From contig SLCY01000012.1 in assembly GCA_007125585.1 (NCBI GenBank), forward strand, positions 9,627 to 73,626: 64,000 nucleotides of DNA. Reading direction: 5' to 3'. The notes under the pieces were generated by a model that saw only the letters and a program-made list of their open reading frames with translations, was not told the origin of the DNA and did no database searches. This DNA is from Bacteroidales bacterium (GTDB taxonomy: Bacteria; Bacteroidota; Bacteroidia; Bacteroidales; UBA7960). Below are positions 30,149 through 42,083 of the stretch, in pieces. Within the stretch, counting starts at the first letter, position 1, and every line of letters starts with the position of its first letter. Both the position numbers and the translations under genes were made by a program.

Positions 30149-30754
30149 ATGGCACGATATACAGGTCCAACAACCAAGATTGCCCGCAAGTTTGGAGATC
30201 CCATTTTCGGCGCAGACAGAGCATTTGAGAAGAAAAATTATCCGCCGGGCCAGCACGGCCAGATGAAGAAAAGAAGGAAAAAGTCTGAATATGGTGTTCA
30301 GCTGCTCGAAAAACAAAAAGCCAAATATACTTATGGCTTGCTCGAAAAACAGTTTGCCAACACCTTTAAGAAGGCCGTGCGCCAAAAGGGTATCACCGGT
30401 GAAATACTGTTGCAGCTTCTTGAAGCACGACTTGACAATACAGTCTTCAGACTGGGTATTGCCCCCACACGCAGGGCAGCCCGCCAGCTGGTAGGCCACA
30501 GACATATTACCGTCAATGACAAAGTGGTAAACATCCCTTCCTATACATTGCGACCTGGCGATATCATCGGGGTGCGTGAGAAATCAAAAAGCCTGGAGAT
30601 AATCGTTGACTCCCTTGCCTCTCGTTCTGCAAACTATAGCTGGCTCGAGTGGGACCAGGATATGCGCAAAGGGAAGTTTCTCAACTACCCCGAAAGGGAT
30701 CTGATTCCCGAGAATATCAAAGAACAACTTATTGTGGAATTGTATTCCAAGTAA
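30149..30754 (+). CDS. rpsD: 30S ribosomal protein S4
   Basis: [16 protein letters not shown]...LE.RLDN.VFRLG.A.TR..ARQLV.H. Confidence 0.97.
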   Translation: MARYTGPTTKIARKFGDPIFGADRAFEKKNYPPGQHGQMKKRRKKSEYGVQLLEKQKAKYTYGLLEKQFANTFKKAVRQKGITGEILLQLLEARLDNTVFRLGIAPTRRAARQLVGHRHITVNDKVVNIPSYTLRPGDIIGVREKSKSLEIIVDSLASRSANYSWLEWDQDMRKGKFLNYPERDLIPENIKEQLIVELYSK

Positions 30755-30791
30755 TGTCTGTTTTCCATTTCAACTCAAAAACAAAAAACCA

Positions 30792-31784
30792 ATGGCAATT
30801 TTAGCTTTTCAAAAACCGGATAAGGTCATCATGCTTGAATCTGACGAACGCCTGGGAAAATTTGAATTCCGGCCGTTGGAACCAGGTTACGGTATTACAA
30901 TTGGCAATGCGCTCAGAAGGATCCTGCTCTCGTCGCTGGAAGGTTTTGCCATTACTTCAGTCAAATTGGAGGGGGTGGACCATGAGTTTTCAACCATCAA
31001 AGGCGTGGTTGAAGATGTTACCGAAATCATCTTGAACCTTAAACAGATACGTTTTAAGAGCCAGGTGGAAGATGCCGAGATGGAAAAGTTTACTGTCAAA
31101 ATAAGCGGACAGGAACAGTTCAAAGCCGGCGATCTGAATAAGGCACTTGCTGACTTTCAGGTGCTTAATCCCGACGTGGTGATCTGTAATTTGGAACCCG
31201 ATGTGCAGCTCTCGATGGAATTCACCCTTGAGAAAGGCCGTGGATATGTTCCTGCAGAAGAGAACAAAGGGTTGAACCCTGTCATCGGACTGATTGCCGT
31301 TGACTCCATTTTCACACCCATCAAGAATGTGACCTTTCAGGTAGATGACTATCGTGTGGAACAAAAGACGGATTACGAAAAATTGACCATCGAAATTCTG
31401 ACCGATGGCTCCATCACCCCTAAAGAAGCACTCAAAGAGGCCGCCCGGATCCTCATCATGCACTTCATGCTGTTCTCCAATGAGAAGATCACCATCGATA
31501 CTGAAGAGAAAGCAACCAGCGAGGAATTTGATGAAAATTCATTGCATATGCGCCAGCTGTTAAAAACCAAACTGGTGGACCTCGATCTTTCGGTCAGGGC
31601 CCTGAATTGCCTGAAAGCCGCTGATGTGGAAACCCTCGCAGACCTGGTGGCTTTGAACAAACATGATCTGTTGAAATTCAGAAATTTCGGAAAAAAATCG
31701 CTTACAGAACTGGAAGAACTGATCAAGTCAAAGAACCTCAGCTTTGGAATGAACCTTTCGAAGTACAAATTAGATAAGGAATAA
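30792..31784 (+). CDS. rpoA: DNA-directed RNA polymerase subunit alpha
   Basis: Frame 30732..31784 trimmed to ATG 30792 ([12 protein letters not shown]). [21 protein letters not shown]-terminal domain [22 protein letters not shown]. Confidence 0.96.
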   Translation: MAILAFQKPDKVIMLESDERLGKFEFRPLEPGYGITIGNALRRILLSSLEGFAITSVKLEGVDHEFSTIKGVVEDVTEIILNLKQIRFKSQVEDAEMEKFTVKISGQEQFKAGDLNKALADFQVLNPDVVICNLEPDVQLSMEFTLEKGRGYVPAEENKGLNPVIGLIAVDSIFTPIKNVTFQVDDYRVEQKTDYEKLTIEILTDGSITPKEALKEAARILIMHFMLFSNEKITIDTEEKATSEEFDENSLHMRQLLKTKLVDLDLSVRALNCLKAADVETLADLVALNKHDLLKFRNFGKKSLTELEELIKSKNLSFGMNLSKYKLDKE

Positions 31785-31789
31785 CTTAA

Positions 31790-32605
31790 ATGAGACACAG
31801 GAAGAAAATCAATAGCTTAGGCAGGAAAGCAGCCCACCGGAAGGAAACTTTGTCGAGTTTGGCCACTGCGTTGATCCTTAACAAACGCATTAATACCACC
31901 GTGGCTAAAGCCAAAGCACTTCGCGTATATGTGGAACCTTTGATCACGCGGTCAAAAGTCGACTCCACCCATTCGCGCCGCACGGTGTTTTCGTATTTGA
32001 AGAACAAACATGCCGTCAGCGAACTTTTTCGTGAAGTCGCCCAGAAAGTCGCAGACCGCCCGGGAGGATATACAAGGATCCTGAAAACCGGTTTCCGTAA
32101 AGGAGATGCTGCTGAAATGTGTTTTATTGAATTGGTGGATTACAATACCGCCATGCTGACAACCGAAGAAGAAACACAGCAGAAGCGTACCAGACGAGGA
32201 AGACGCCGCGGTAAAAAAACAGCGGAGCAGGAAGCAAAAACCCCCGGACAACAACCTGCAGATCAACCGGTGGAAACCACTGTCAAAGAAGCAAGCGAAC
32301 CACCCGCTCCGGAAAAGGATAAAGAAGACCCCATGACGGAAGATACCGCCGAACATAAAACGGAGGCTGGGGATAAGTCCCAGGGTGAAAGCAAAGAAGT
32401 TCCTGCGGCAGAAAAGGAAGAAGAAACCCCTGCAGCTGAAAAGGAAAAAGAAACCCCTGCAGCTGAAAAGGAAAAAGAAACCCCTGCGGCCGAAAAGAAA
32501 GATGAAAGTGCCAAAGAAGGAAAAAAGGAGAAACCTTCTCAGGAAAAACAAAAGGGAAAGACGGAAGAAGATAGCACTGAACAAGGGGACCCGGAATCAA
32601 AATAA
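31790..32605 (+). CDS. rplQ: 50S ribosomal protein L17 with a roughly 150-aa acidic/lysine-rich C-terminal extension
   Basis: 271 aa. Residues 1-118 are a normal L17 ([19 protein letters not shown]...GGYTRILK...ELVDY). The remainder is low-complexity E/K/P/A/T. Confidence 0.93.
   Translation: MRHRKKINSLGRKAAHRKETLSSLATALILNKRINTTVAKAKALRVYVEPLITRSKVDSTHSRRTVFSYLKNKHAVSELFREVAQKVADRPGGYTRILKTGFRKGDAAEMCFIELVDYNTAMLTTEEETQQKRTRRGRRRGKKTAEQEAKTPGQQPADQPVETTVKEASEPPAPEKDKEDPMTEDTAEHKTEAGDKSQGESKEVPAAEKEEETPAAEKEKETPAAEKEKETPAAEKKDESAKEGKKEKPSQEKQKGKTEEDSTEQGDPESK
32402..32509 (+). repeat. in-frame 27-bp tandem repeat x4 inside the rplQ tail (PAAEKEKET units)
   Basis: Units at 32402, 32429, 32456 and 32483. 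Units 2 and 3 are identical at 27/27 nt. Confidence 0.95.
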
Positions 32606-32630
32606 CATTTCGATCCATATTCCCATCGTG

Positions 32631-32668
32631 AAGGATAAAGTGCCGACATCTGCTTTATCCTTTTTTAT
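32631..32668 (+). terminator. rho-independent terminator after rplQ
   Basis: AAGGATAAAG / CTTTATCCTT 10-bp stem, 12-nt loop, then TTTTTTATTT. Confidence 0.75.
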
Positions 32669-32729
32669 TTGACTGGCTATATGTATCTTTATCAAAAAGT
32701 ATATTGTCTTCAAAAACTTAAAAACTTAG

Positions 32730-34022
<1,293 letters not shown>

Positions 34023-34043
34023 CCTATCATCACCACCGGCCAG

Positions 34044-34077
34044 CACCTTTCATGACCATTTGCTTTCATGAAAGGTG
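34044..34077 (+). terminator. 12-bp perfect hairpin after eno (no clean T-run)
   Basis: CACCTTTCATGA-N10-TCATGAAAGGTG read directly, followed by TTGGTG. Confidence 0.4.
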
Positions 34078-34089
34078 TTGGTGTAAATC

Positions 34090-35382
34090 ATGTCCGGAAA
34101 AAAAATCCTTCTTCTTGTACTGGTCTTGACCCTGGGTAAGCTTGTTTGCGCTGCCCCCCGCGACACCCTGTCGGTCATGGTCTACAATCTGCTGTTCTAC
34201 GGACATTATACCTCCTTTTGCACACCAGTGAACAACAACACTGACGATAAGGACCAATACCTGAAAACCATCATCGATCACACCCTGCCCGATATTCTTG
34301 CCGTAAATGAGATGGGTCCTGACCCTGCCCTTGCAGGGCGTATCCTGGACAATGTGATGAACACGGGAGGAAGGACGGCTTACAGCCACGCAACATATAC
34401 CAATACCGCGAACTCCGGCCTGGTGAACATGCTGTTTTTCAATACAGAGAAAGTAGGCCTGCATGATGAGGCAGTAGTGGCAAGTTTGCTTCGCGACATC
34501 AACCTCTATTCACTCTATTATAATGACCCGCAATTGGCCCATGGCGCAGATACAATATTCATGCACATGATGGTAGCCCACCTGAAGGCCGGCAGTTCCA
34601 GTGCAGACCAGCAGTTACGCCTTCAGGAAACACAGTCGGTAATGAACTATATTCAGCAGAACGACCTTACCGGCAATGTTTTCTTCATGGGCGATTTTAA
34701 TATGAACTCTTCTTTTGATCAGGCCTACCAGGAATTAACCTATCATGTGAACGAATCCATCCGGTTCCATGACCCCATCAACAAGCCGGGGGTATGGTAC
34801 AATAACCCTGATATGGCTTTCTACCACACCCAAAGCACGCGAACGGGCGATCATGAGTGTTTTGTAACCGGCGGACTGGATGACCGGTATGATCAGATAC
34901 TGGCCACGCTGGATGTCATGGAGGGCTTCCGGGGCCTTTTCTACATCGAAGACACCTACAAAACGGTTGGCCAGGACGGGTACCGCTTTAATCAATCGTT
35001 GATCAACCCGCCCAACCACAGTGAACCCCCTGATGTGATCAACGCTTTGTACAACATGTCGGATCATCTGCCGGTAAAGCTGCGGCTGGGTGTGACAGAC
35101 ATCATCAGCGAACTGCCTGAAGCACCCGTTGCTGCACCGAACATCCGGCCCATCATTGTTCCGGGGCAAAGAATGGAACTCATGGTGGAAGACTACACCG
35201 GCGACATAACCATTGAAGTCGTCACTGTTCAGGGCACCTCCATGCTGTATAAAACTATCGGGATCAATTCCCTGCCATATCAAATCCAGGTCGATATCTC
35301 TGCATTCCCTGCCGGCGTTTATTTTGCAAGGATCCATGCCGGAGGGGGAACCCCCGTGATTAAAAAATTTATTGTCCCTTAG
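34090..35382 (+). CDS. endonuclease/exonuclease/phosphatase (EEP) family protein with T9SS C-terminal sorting domain
   Basis: 430 aa. Signal peptide, EEP hallmarks (VMVYNLL, AVNEMG, SDHLPV). The last roughly 75 aa end ...ISAFPAGVYFARIHAGGGTPVIKKFIVP, typical of a T9SS CTD. Confidence 0.75.
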   Translation: MSGKKILLLVLVLTLGKLVCAAPRDTLSVMVYNLLFYGHYTSFCTPVNNNTDDKDQYLKTIIDHTLPDILAVNEMGPDPALAGRILDNVMNTGGRTAYSHATYTNTANSGLVNMLFFNTEKVGLHDEAVVASLLRDINLYSLYYNDPQLAHGADTIFMHMMVAHLKAGSSSADQQLRLQETQSVMNYIQQNDLTGNVFFMGDFNMNSSFDQAYQELTYHVNESIRFHDPINKPGVWYNNPDMAFYHTQSTRTGDHECFVTGGLDDRYDQILATLDVMEGFRGLFYIEDTYKTVGQDGYRFNQSLINPPNHSEPPDVINALYNMSDHLPVKLRLGVTDIISELPEAPVAAPNIRPIIVPGQRMELMVEDYTGDITIEVVTVQGTSMLYKTIGINSLPYQIQVDISAFPAGVYFARIHAGGGTPVIKKFIVP

Positions 35383-35506
35383 TAAGCATGACTTATTCCC
35401 TGTTTTATTTTTTCTTGTACAGCGGTTACAATGTTGAAAAAAACATGATCTTTGCGGTACATTGATATTTAAAGTTCCATAACTTTGGCCACCAATAGTT
35501 CTTGAG

Positions 35507-37207
35507 ATGGATTTTGATTTTTTTGATTTCCTCACGCTGTTCGGGTCTTTGAGTTTGTTCCTGTTTGGGATGAAGACCATGAGTGAGGGCATTCAAAAGT
35601 TTGCAGGCGACAAGATGCGTTCGATTTTGGCGGTGATGACCTCCAACCGTTTTGCTGGTGTCTTTACCGGCTTTTTGCTGACCACACTTGTGCAATCCTC
35701 TTCGGCATCCACAGTGATGGTGGTAAGTTTTGTCAATGCAGGCCTGATGTCGCTGATACAATCCGTCGGGGTGATCATGGGTGCCAATATCGGGACGACC
35801 ACTACGGCATGGCTCATCTCCCTGCTGGGGTTCCAGCTGAATATTTCCGCTTTATCCATCCCGCTGATAGGGATCAGCTTCCCTTTGTTGCTCAATTCAC
35901 GTGAACGGTTCAACTCCATGGGACAGATTCTGCTTGGCTTCGCCCTCTTGTTTATGGGACTCGATTTTTTAAGGGCTTCGGTACCTGACCTGCATACCAA
36001 TCCGCAGATGTTCAGGTTTATTCAGGATCTTACGGACTATGGGGTTTATAGCACCTTTTTGTTTCTGGGCTTTGGAACCTTGCTGACCGTCGTTCTGCAA
36101 TCGTCAAGCGCCACCATGGCCCTTACCCTGGTTATGTGCAACTACGGCTGGATAGGCTATGAACATGGAGCAGCCATCGTCCTCGGAGAAAATATCGGCA
36201 CCACCATCACGGCAAACCTGGCTGCCCTTGTCGGCAATGTCTATGCCAAACGTACTGCACTGGCGCATACTGTGTTTAACATCATCGGCATCGTATGGAT
36301 GCTGCTGCTGTTCCGCTTCTTCTTGAACCAAATAGACCATCTGATGGTGCGATTTGGCTCAGGATCACCCATGGAAGACCCAACAATGATTCCTATCGGT
36401 CTCTCCATATTCCACACGGTGTTCAATATCACAAACACGCTCCTGTTGATCGGATTCTCCAAATACCTGGTGTTGTTCGTTGAATTCATTCTGCCCTCGA
36501 GAGGTAAGAAGTTTGAACGTCCACAACTGGAATATTTTAGCAGTGGTTTCCTGCATATGGCTGAATTGTCTGTTTTCCAGGCAAAAAAAGAGGTCCGGAA
36601 GTATGCTGAGCTGGCCCACAGGATGTTTAATTTTATCCCGGCCCTGATCATCGAAACGGACAAGAAAGAATTTCAGAACATCCTTGAAAAAGTCAGCAAG
36701 TACGAAGAGATCACAGACAGGGTCGAGGTGGAGATCACCACGTTCCTGATCAAGATATCGCGAAGGCAGCTCAGCAGCCATGCGGCTGAAGAGTTGAGAC
36801 GTATGAGGATCGTCAGCAGTGAGGTGGAAAAGATCGGCGATGTCTGTTTCAAGATGTCATCCGTCCTGGCAGAGAAAAGGAAAGAGAAGATCTATTTTAC
36901 ACCGGCACAGCGAAGTGACCTGTTCGAAATGTTCAAACTGGTGAACAATGCGTTTGAGCTCATGCTGACCAATATGCAGGTGAGTACGCTCGAAGCCCGC
37001 AACAATCTGCAAAAGGCCAATGAATTTGAAAAGAGCATCAACGCATTTCGTGACCAGGTGAGAGATGCAGTGATCATTGACATGGAACAGGACTCCACCC
37101 ACGTCAAGAGTGCTTTCTATTTTAACAAGCTCATCACATCCTGCGAAAAGATCGGCGATACCATACTGAACATCAATGAGGCCATCGCAGGCATCAATAT
37201 TGAGTAG
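35507..37207 (+). CDS. Na/Pi cotransporter family protein with PhoU-like C-terminal domain
   Basis: 566 aa. FLFGMKTMSEGIQKFAGDKMRSIL...QSSSASTVMVVSFVNAG, repeated QSSSATMALTL, helical C-terminal half. Confidence 0.8.
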   Translation: MDFDFFDFLTLFGSLSLFLFGMKTMSEGIQKFAGDKMRSILAVMTSNRFAGVFTGFLLTTLVQSSSASTVMVVSFVNAGLMSLIQSVGVIMGANIGTTTTAWLISLLGFQLNISALSIPLIGISFPLLLNSRERFNSMGQILLGFALLFMGLDFLRASVPDLHTNPQMFRFIQDLTDYGVYSTFLFLGFGTLLTVVLQSSSATMALTLVMCNYGWIGYEHGAAIVLGENIGTTITANLAALVGNVYAKRTALAHTVFNIIGIVWMLLLFRFFLNQIDHLMVRFGSGSPMEDPTMIPIGLSIFHTVFNITNTLLLIGFSKYLVLFVEFILPSRGKKFERPQLEYFSSGFLHMAELSVFQAKKEVRKYAELAHRMFNFIPALIIETDKKEFQNILEKVSKYEEITDRVEVEITTFLIKISRRQLSSHAAEELRRMRIVSSEVEKIGDVCFKMSSVLAEKRKEKIYFTPAQRSDLFEMFKLVNNAFELMLTNMQVSTLEARNNLQKANEFEKSINAFRDQVRDAVIIDMEQDSTHVKSAFYFNKLITSCEKIGDTILNINEAIAGINIE

Positions 37208-37437
37208 TCGAGTGACCCCGGATGGAACACATTAAACATTTTCAGACTAAACGCAGACCATGACCGTTATCCCTTCATGGAGGCACATTGATCCATCTGT
37301 CATTGATCGATGTTATGTCCTGCCTGGGTGACGCCCATTGGCGTATTTGATTGTTTCGGTTGATTTGTTTATCACAAAAAAAAACTATTTTTGTATAATA
37401 CCTTAATTTTGCTCTTTTAAGAAGGGCAAATATTGTA

Positions 37438-39594
37438 TTGATGATCAGGTTTTTTATTATACCCTTGACTTTGTCATGCTTGCTTTTCGCAGGGGAGGTC
37501 ATGGCCGTTGATTTTTTTCAGGAAGAACAAACGGCCCGGGCTGATAGCTTAAGAAAGGTGCTTGAACAGGAAGCCGTCCCTGACTCCCTCAGGATGGATG
37601 CATTGATTCATTTAGGGCGGGAGCTGCGCACCTTCAATCCGACAACAGCACTTGAGCATACACAGGAAGCCCTGGTCATTGCAGAAACCCTTAATTATCC
37701 GGCAATTACAGGCAGGGTTTTGACGGATATCGGCCACCTGTACTGGCGCCTTGGTGAATTCAATACGGCTTATGATTATTTACTCGAAGCACGCTCTATA
37801 TTTCGACGTGAAAACATCCCGGAAGGCTATGCCCGAACCCTAAACCATTTTGGGGTCCTGTTATCCGGGCGGGGCTATTACGATAAAGGACTGGAACACT
37901 ACTACCAGGCGCTGAATATATACGAGGATCTGAATTTATTATCCCGGCAAGCCATCGTAATGAACAATATCGGTATGACCTATCAGCTTCAGGACGACCT
38001 TGACCTGGCGGAAGAATACCATATGCGATCCCTTGCCATTTCAAAAGAAGCCAATAATGAACGAGGCATGGCCTATTCTTTGAACAACCTCGCATCTTTA
38101 AGCTTTGTTAGAGGCAACCATGAAGAGGCCCAGGCATATTTTGAAGCCGCCCTTGAGATCAGGCAAAGATATCCCGATTTTAGGGCACTGGCAGAAACGC
38201 GGAGAGAAATTGGCATTTTCTACAGCGAAACGGCTGACCATAAAAAAGCCCTGGAAGAATTATATCTGGCCAGGGGTCTTTATGATCGCATCAGCGATGA
38301 CCATAATTTGGCCCGTGTTGATAACATTTTGGGAGATGTTTATACTGCCAGGGGCCAACTGTTACAGGCCGAACATTATTTCAATCAGAGCCTCGCGGCC
38401 GCGGAAAGGATCGGGCTCCCATCAACCATATCCAAGAATTACCTCGGTTTAAGCAAATTGATGGCCATGAGAGATGATTATACAAACGCCTATAATTATC
38501 AGGAAAAGTACTTGGCAATCCAGGACAGTATTTATGATGCAAAAAGCAAAAGGCGGGCCCTTGAGTTAAAAATGCTCTATGACAGGAAACGCAAGGAAAG
38601 TGAAATAGCACTGCTCCGGAAAACCAAGCAGATCAACGAACTGAATCTGGAAAAACAACGGTTGTTCCAGAATCTCCTGTTATTGATTATATTAATTATC
38701 CTGATCCTTCTTGTTTTGATCTATTACCGTTATGTTGAAGTACGGAGGACAAACCGGATGCTTGAAGCACAGAAAGAGGAGATTACCCGGAAAAATCAAC
38801 AACTGCATGATCTGAACAACAAACTTTTGCGCCAGAAGAAAGAGTTGGATGAGCTGAACAAAAACCTGAAAAAGTCGGAAAGACACCTGATCTCGGTCAA
38901 CAAGACCAAAGACAGGTTCTTTTCTATCATCTCACATGACCTGCGAAACCCTTTTGCTTCCATTGTCAGTTTTTCACGCATCCTGAAAAGGGACATAAAC
39001 ACACTTACCAAGGAAGAGTTACAGGAACTCACTGTGGAGCTTGACAAGTCAGTGCTTAAAATAAACAGCTTGCTGGAAAACCTGCTGCAATGGTCGCAAA
39101 CGCAAACAGGCAAGATCAAGTATAAACCTGAACTCTTTGTAGTAAAGGACCTTATACGTGACAATGTGAATCTTTTATCCATCAGGGCCCGTGAAAAGAG
39201 CATAGATATAACCGATAAGGTCGTCGATCATTTGGTTGTTTGGGGTGATGTGAACATGACCAATACCATTATCAGGAATCTGCTGTCGAATGCCCTGAAG
39301 TATTCATACCCGGGCGGCCGTGTGACGCTGAACTCCCGCAAGCTGAACGCGATGGTCGAAATCAGCATTGCCGATGACGGGACGGGGATACCTGAAGAGG
39401 ACCAGGAAAAACTTTTCCGCGTTGATTCACTGTATACCACCCTGGGTACGAATGATGAAAAAGGCAGCGGATTGGGCCTGCTGTTGTGTAAAGAATTCGT
39501 AAAAAAACAAGGTGGGGATATTGCCTTTGAGAGCACAAAGGGGAAAGGCTCGGTATTCTCTTTTACCATCCCGCTAAAACCCCCCAAACAATAA
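37438..39594 (+). CDS. TPR-repeat sensor histidine kinase
   Basis: 718 aa. Signal/TM, about 8 TPR-like repeats, TM (LLLLIILIILILLVLIYY), coiled coil, H-box FFSIISHDLRNP, HATPase GSGLGLLLCKEFV. Confidence 0.85.
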   Translation: MMIRFFIIPLTLSCLLFAGEVMAVDFFQEEQTARADSLRKVLEQEAVPDSLRMDALIHLGRELRTFNPTTALEHTQEALVIAETLNYPAITGRVLTDIGHLYWRLGEFNTAYDYLLEARSIFRRENIPEGYARTLNHFGVLLSGRGYYDKGLEHYYQALNIYEDLNLLSRQAIVMNNIGMTYQLQDDLDLAEEYHMRSLAISKEANNERGMAYSLNNLASLSFVRGNHEEAQAYFEAALEIRQRYPDFRALAETRREIGIFYSETADHKKALEELYLARGLYDRISDDHNLARVDNILGDVYTARGQLLQAEHYFNQSLAAAERIGLPSTISKNYLGLSKLMAMRDDYTNAYNYQEKYLAIQDSIYDAKSKRRALELKMLYDRKRKESEIALLRKTKQINELNLEKQRLFQNLLLLIILIILILLVLIYYRYVEVRRTNRMLEAQKEEITRKNQQLHDLNNKLLRQKKELDELNKNLKKSERHLISVNKTKDRFFSIISHDLRNPFASIVSFSRILKRDINTLTKEELQELTVELDKSVLKINSLLENLLQWSQTQTGKIKYKPELFVVKDLIRDNVNLLSIRAREKSIDITDKVVDHLVVWGDVNMTNTIIRNLLSNALKYSYPGGRVTLNSRKLNAMVEISIADDGTGIPEEDQEKLFRVDSLYTTLGTNDEKGSGLGLLLCKEFVKKQGGDIAFESTKGKGSVFSFTIPLKPPKQ

Positions 39595-39712
39595 GCCCAA
39601 ATTAGCCATCTGAAAATCTATCCCGGGCAACACGAAGTTCCAATAACCAACCTGGGGCTAATAAAACAAGGGTTTTGGCCGCGGCGACCTGTGTGGTACC
39701 ACAAAAAAGTGG

Positions 39713-39720
39713 TATATTTG
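39713..39720 (+). promoter_or_regulatory. candidate -7 box TATATTTG for tRNA-Leu
   Basis: Exact TAnnTTTG, 21 nt upstream of the tRNA 5' end. Confidence 0.5.
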
Positions 39721-39740
39721 CATCCGGTTTGGTCACATAT

Positions 39741-39822
39741 GCGGATGTGGCGTAATTGGTAGCCGCGCCAGACTTAGGATCTGGTGCCGCAAGGCGTGGG
39801 GGTTCGAGTCCCTCCATCCGCA
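39741..39822 (+). tRNA. tRNA-Leu (anticodon UAG)
   Basis: Hand-folded cloverleaf: acceptor GCGGATG/CATCCGC, anticodon arm CCAGA-CTTAGGA-TCTGG, long variable arm TGCCGCAAGGCGT, T arm GGGGG-TTCGAGT-CCCTC. Confidence 0.9.
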
Positions 39823-39842
39823 CTTAAACAATATGGTTGATG

Positions 39843-39895
39843 AACCCCGTAAAAGACAATGGTAGAATAGGTCTGACGGGGTTATTTTTATTTTT
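39843..39895 (+). terminator. hairpin plus T-rich tract after tRNA-Leu
   Basis: AACCCCGT / ACGGGGTT 8-bp stem (large 25-nt loop), then ATTTTTATTTTT. Confidence 0.45.
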
Positions 39896-39952
39896 AAACA
39901 CTGTGCAGAATTGCTGTGGTGTGTATTGGTACACTAAAACAAAATAAACCGT

Positions 39953-41359
39953 ATGGATATTATTCAGGAGCAACATGGGCCACAAGAGGCTTTGCTAAAG
40001 GTGAAGCTGTCAGAAGAGGACTATCGTGAACAGGTGGACAAGGAGTTGAAAAGCTTGCAACGGAAAGCACAAATGCCAGGATTCAGGCCGGGGAAAGTAC
40101 CTGCGGGACTGATAAAAAAAATGTATGGGCAAAGCGTGCTGGCCGAAGAGGTGAATAAAATATTGGCCGATGCGGTATACAATTATATCAAAGAGAAGGA
40201 GCTTAATGTGCTGGGCAACCCCATCCCCGATAAGGAACAGGCTGATGAGATAGACTGGGAGACCCAGAGGGAATTTACATTCCAGTACCACCTGGGACTG
40301 GCACCGGAAATAGACCTGGAGCTGACAGGAGATATTGATGTAACATACCATAAGATCACCGTGGAAGATACTATCGTCGACAATTACCTGATGGATGTCA
40401 GGAAGCGCTACGGTAAAATGTTCAATCCGGGTACTGCTGATGCCGATGACGTACTTTTCGGTGAATTTACCGAGATGGAGAACGGGTCTGCTCCCAAGGC
40501 AGAAGGCCATACGCACAAAGCCAATGTTTACATCCGGTATATTAAAGATGAGCAACTGAAAAAACAGCTCATTGGAAGCAAACCAGGTGAGCAGGTGGTC
40601 ATGGATGTTCATAAAGCCGTTGAATCCGAGGCGGAAACTGCTGCCATGATCGGTGTAAAAAAGGAGGATCTGGGAAATTACAACCCGCTGTTTCGCTTTA
40701 CCGTTGAAAGCATCAGCCGTGTTGAACCTGCCGAACTGAATGAAGAACTTTTCAACAAGGCGGCACCCGGCAAAGAGATTAAAACCGAAGATGCATTCAA
40801 AACTTATCTGAAAGAGCAGATCAGCCAACAATACCAGGCCGATGCTGATAAACACTTCAAAAACATGGTCATGGAAAAACTGCTCGACATAACCCAACTC
40901 CCACTGCCGGAGGCATTTTTGAGAAAGTGGCTTCTCGTTACCAACAAGGAAGAATTGACCGAAGAAAAAATTGAAAAGGAATTTGATCAGTTCTCAGATT
41001 CCTTCAGATGGCAACTCCTTGAAAACCACCTTATCAAAGAGAACAAAGTGGAGGTAAAGCCTGAGGAAGTGAACAAATACATTGAACAGTTTGTGAAAGC
41101 CCAGCTTAAACAATACGGCCAGGAAGATGTCCCCCCGGAAATGCTTGATGAGTATGTAAAAAATATTGCCTCCAACAAAGAAGAAGTGAAAAAGGTATAC
41201 GATCAATTGTTTGATCAGAAGCTGATGGCCCTTTTCAAAGAGAAACTTACGCTAAGGGAAGAAAATATCAGCTATGATGCTTTCGTTAAGCTGGTAACAG
41301 AAAAATATAAAAAAGATGAGGACACGCACCACCCGGGTCCGGAAACAGAAAAACAATAA
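39953..41359 (+). CDS. tig: trigger factor
   Basis: 468 aa. ...LQRKAQMPGFRPGKVP.GLIKKMYG... Position upstream of clpP-clpX. Confidence 0.9.
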   Translation: MDIIQEQHGPQEALLKVKLSEEDYREQVDKELKSLQRKAQMPGFRPGKVPAGLIKKMYGQSVLAEEVNKILADAVYNYIKEKELNVLGNPIPDKEQADEIDWETQREFTFQYHLGLAPEIDLELTGDIDVTYHKITVEDTIVDNYLMDVRKRYGKMFNPGTADADDVLFGEFTEMENGSAPKAEGHTHKANVYIRYIKDEQLKKQLIGSKPGEQVVMDVHKAVESEAETAAMIGVKKEDLGNYNPLFRFTVESISRVEPAELNEELFNKAAPGKEIKTEDAFKTYLKEQISQQYQADADKHFKNMVMEKLLDITQLPLPEAFLRKWLLVTNKEELTEEKIEKEFDQFSDSFRWQLLENHLIKENKVEVKPEEVNKYIEQFVKAQLKQYGQEDVPPEMLDEYVKNIASNKEEVKKVYDQLFDQKLMALFKEKLTLREENISYDAFVKLVTEKYKKDEDTHHPGPETEKQ

Positions 41360-41362
41360 ACC

Positions 41363-42052
41363 ATGAGCAAGACAGATGATTTTCACAAGTATGCCACCAG
41401 GCACAGGGGTATCAGCAGCATGACAATGCATGAGTATACTTCCGTTTACGGCAATTACATCAGTCCGACCATCATCGAGGAACGACAATTGAACATTGCC
41501 ACCATGGATGTCTTTAGCCGTTTGATGATGGACAGGATCATCTTTTTGGGCGTCCCCATCAACGATTATGTGGCCAATATCATTCAGGCCCAGTTGTTGT
41601 ACATGGAGTCGGTAGACCCCAAGAAGGATATCCAGATCTATCTGAACACACCCGGAGGTGCCGTTTATGCTGGGCTGGGCATTTATGATACCATGCAGTA
41701 TATTGCACCTGATGTGGCCACGATTTGCACAGGGATGGCTGCATCCATGGGGGCTGTGTTGCTCAGCGCGGGACAGACCGGCAAACGAACGGCACTGAAG
41801 CATAGCCGCATATTGATCCACCAACCCATGGGCGGGGCCGAAGGGCAGGCTTCCGATATCGAGATCACCGCAAGGGAGATCCAAAAGATCAAAAAAGAAC
41901 TGTACCAGATCATCGCAAAACATTCCAACCAGGAGTATGAGAAGATATGGAAAGATGCCGACAGGGATTACTGGATGACCTCAGATGAGGCCAAAGAATA
42001 CGGCATGATAGATGAAGTCCTGAAAACAAATAAAAAGTCAGCAAGCAAATAG
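41363..42052 (+). CDS. clpP: ATP-dependent Clp protease proteolytic subunit
   Basis: 229 aa. DRIIFLG..I.D..AN.I.AQLL.., catalytic-region GMAASMGAVLL, and HQP.GG..GQA. Confidence 0.95.
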   Translation: MSKTDDFHKYATRHRGISSMTMHEYTSVYGNYISPTIIEERQLNIATMDVFSRLMMDRIIFLGVPINDYVANIIQAQLLYMESVDPKKDIQIYLNTPGGAVYAGLGIYDTMQYIAPDVATICTGMAASMGAVLLSAGQTGKRTALKHSRILIHQPMGGAEGQASDIEITAREIQKIKKELYQIIAKHSNQEYEKIWKDADRDYWMTSDEAKEYGMIDEVLKTNKKSASK

Positions 42053-42083
42053 CCGTTGACGTCATTGGTTAAAGTGCTACATC

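Noticed and set aside
39602-39823. 73-aa minus-strand ORF.
   Set aside because: It overlaps tRNA-Leu (39741-39822) on the opposite strand, so it is a spurious read-through of a structured RNA gene.
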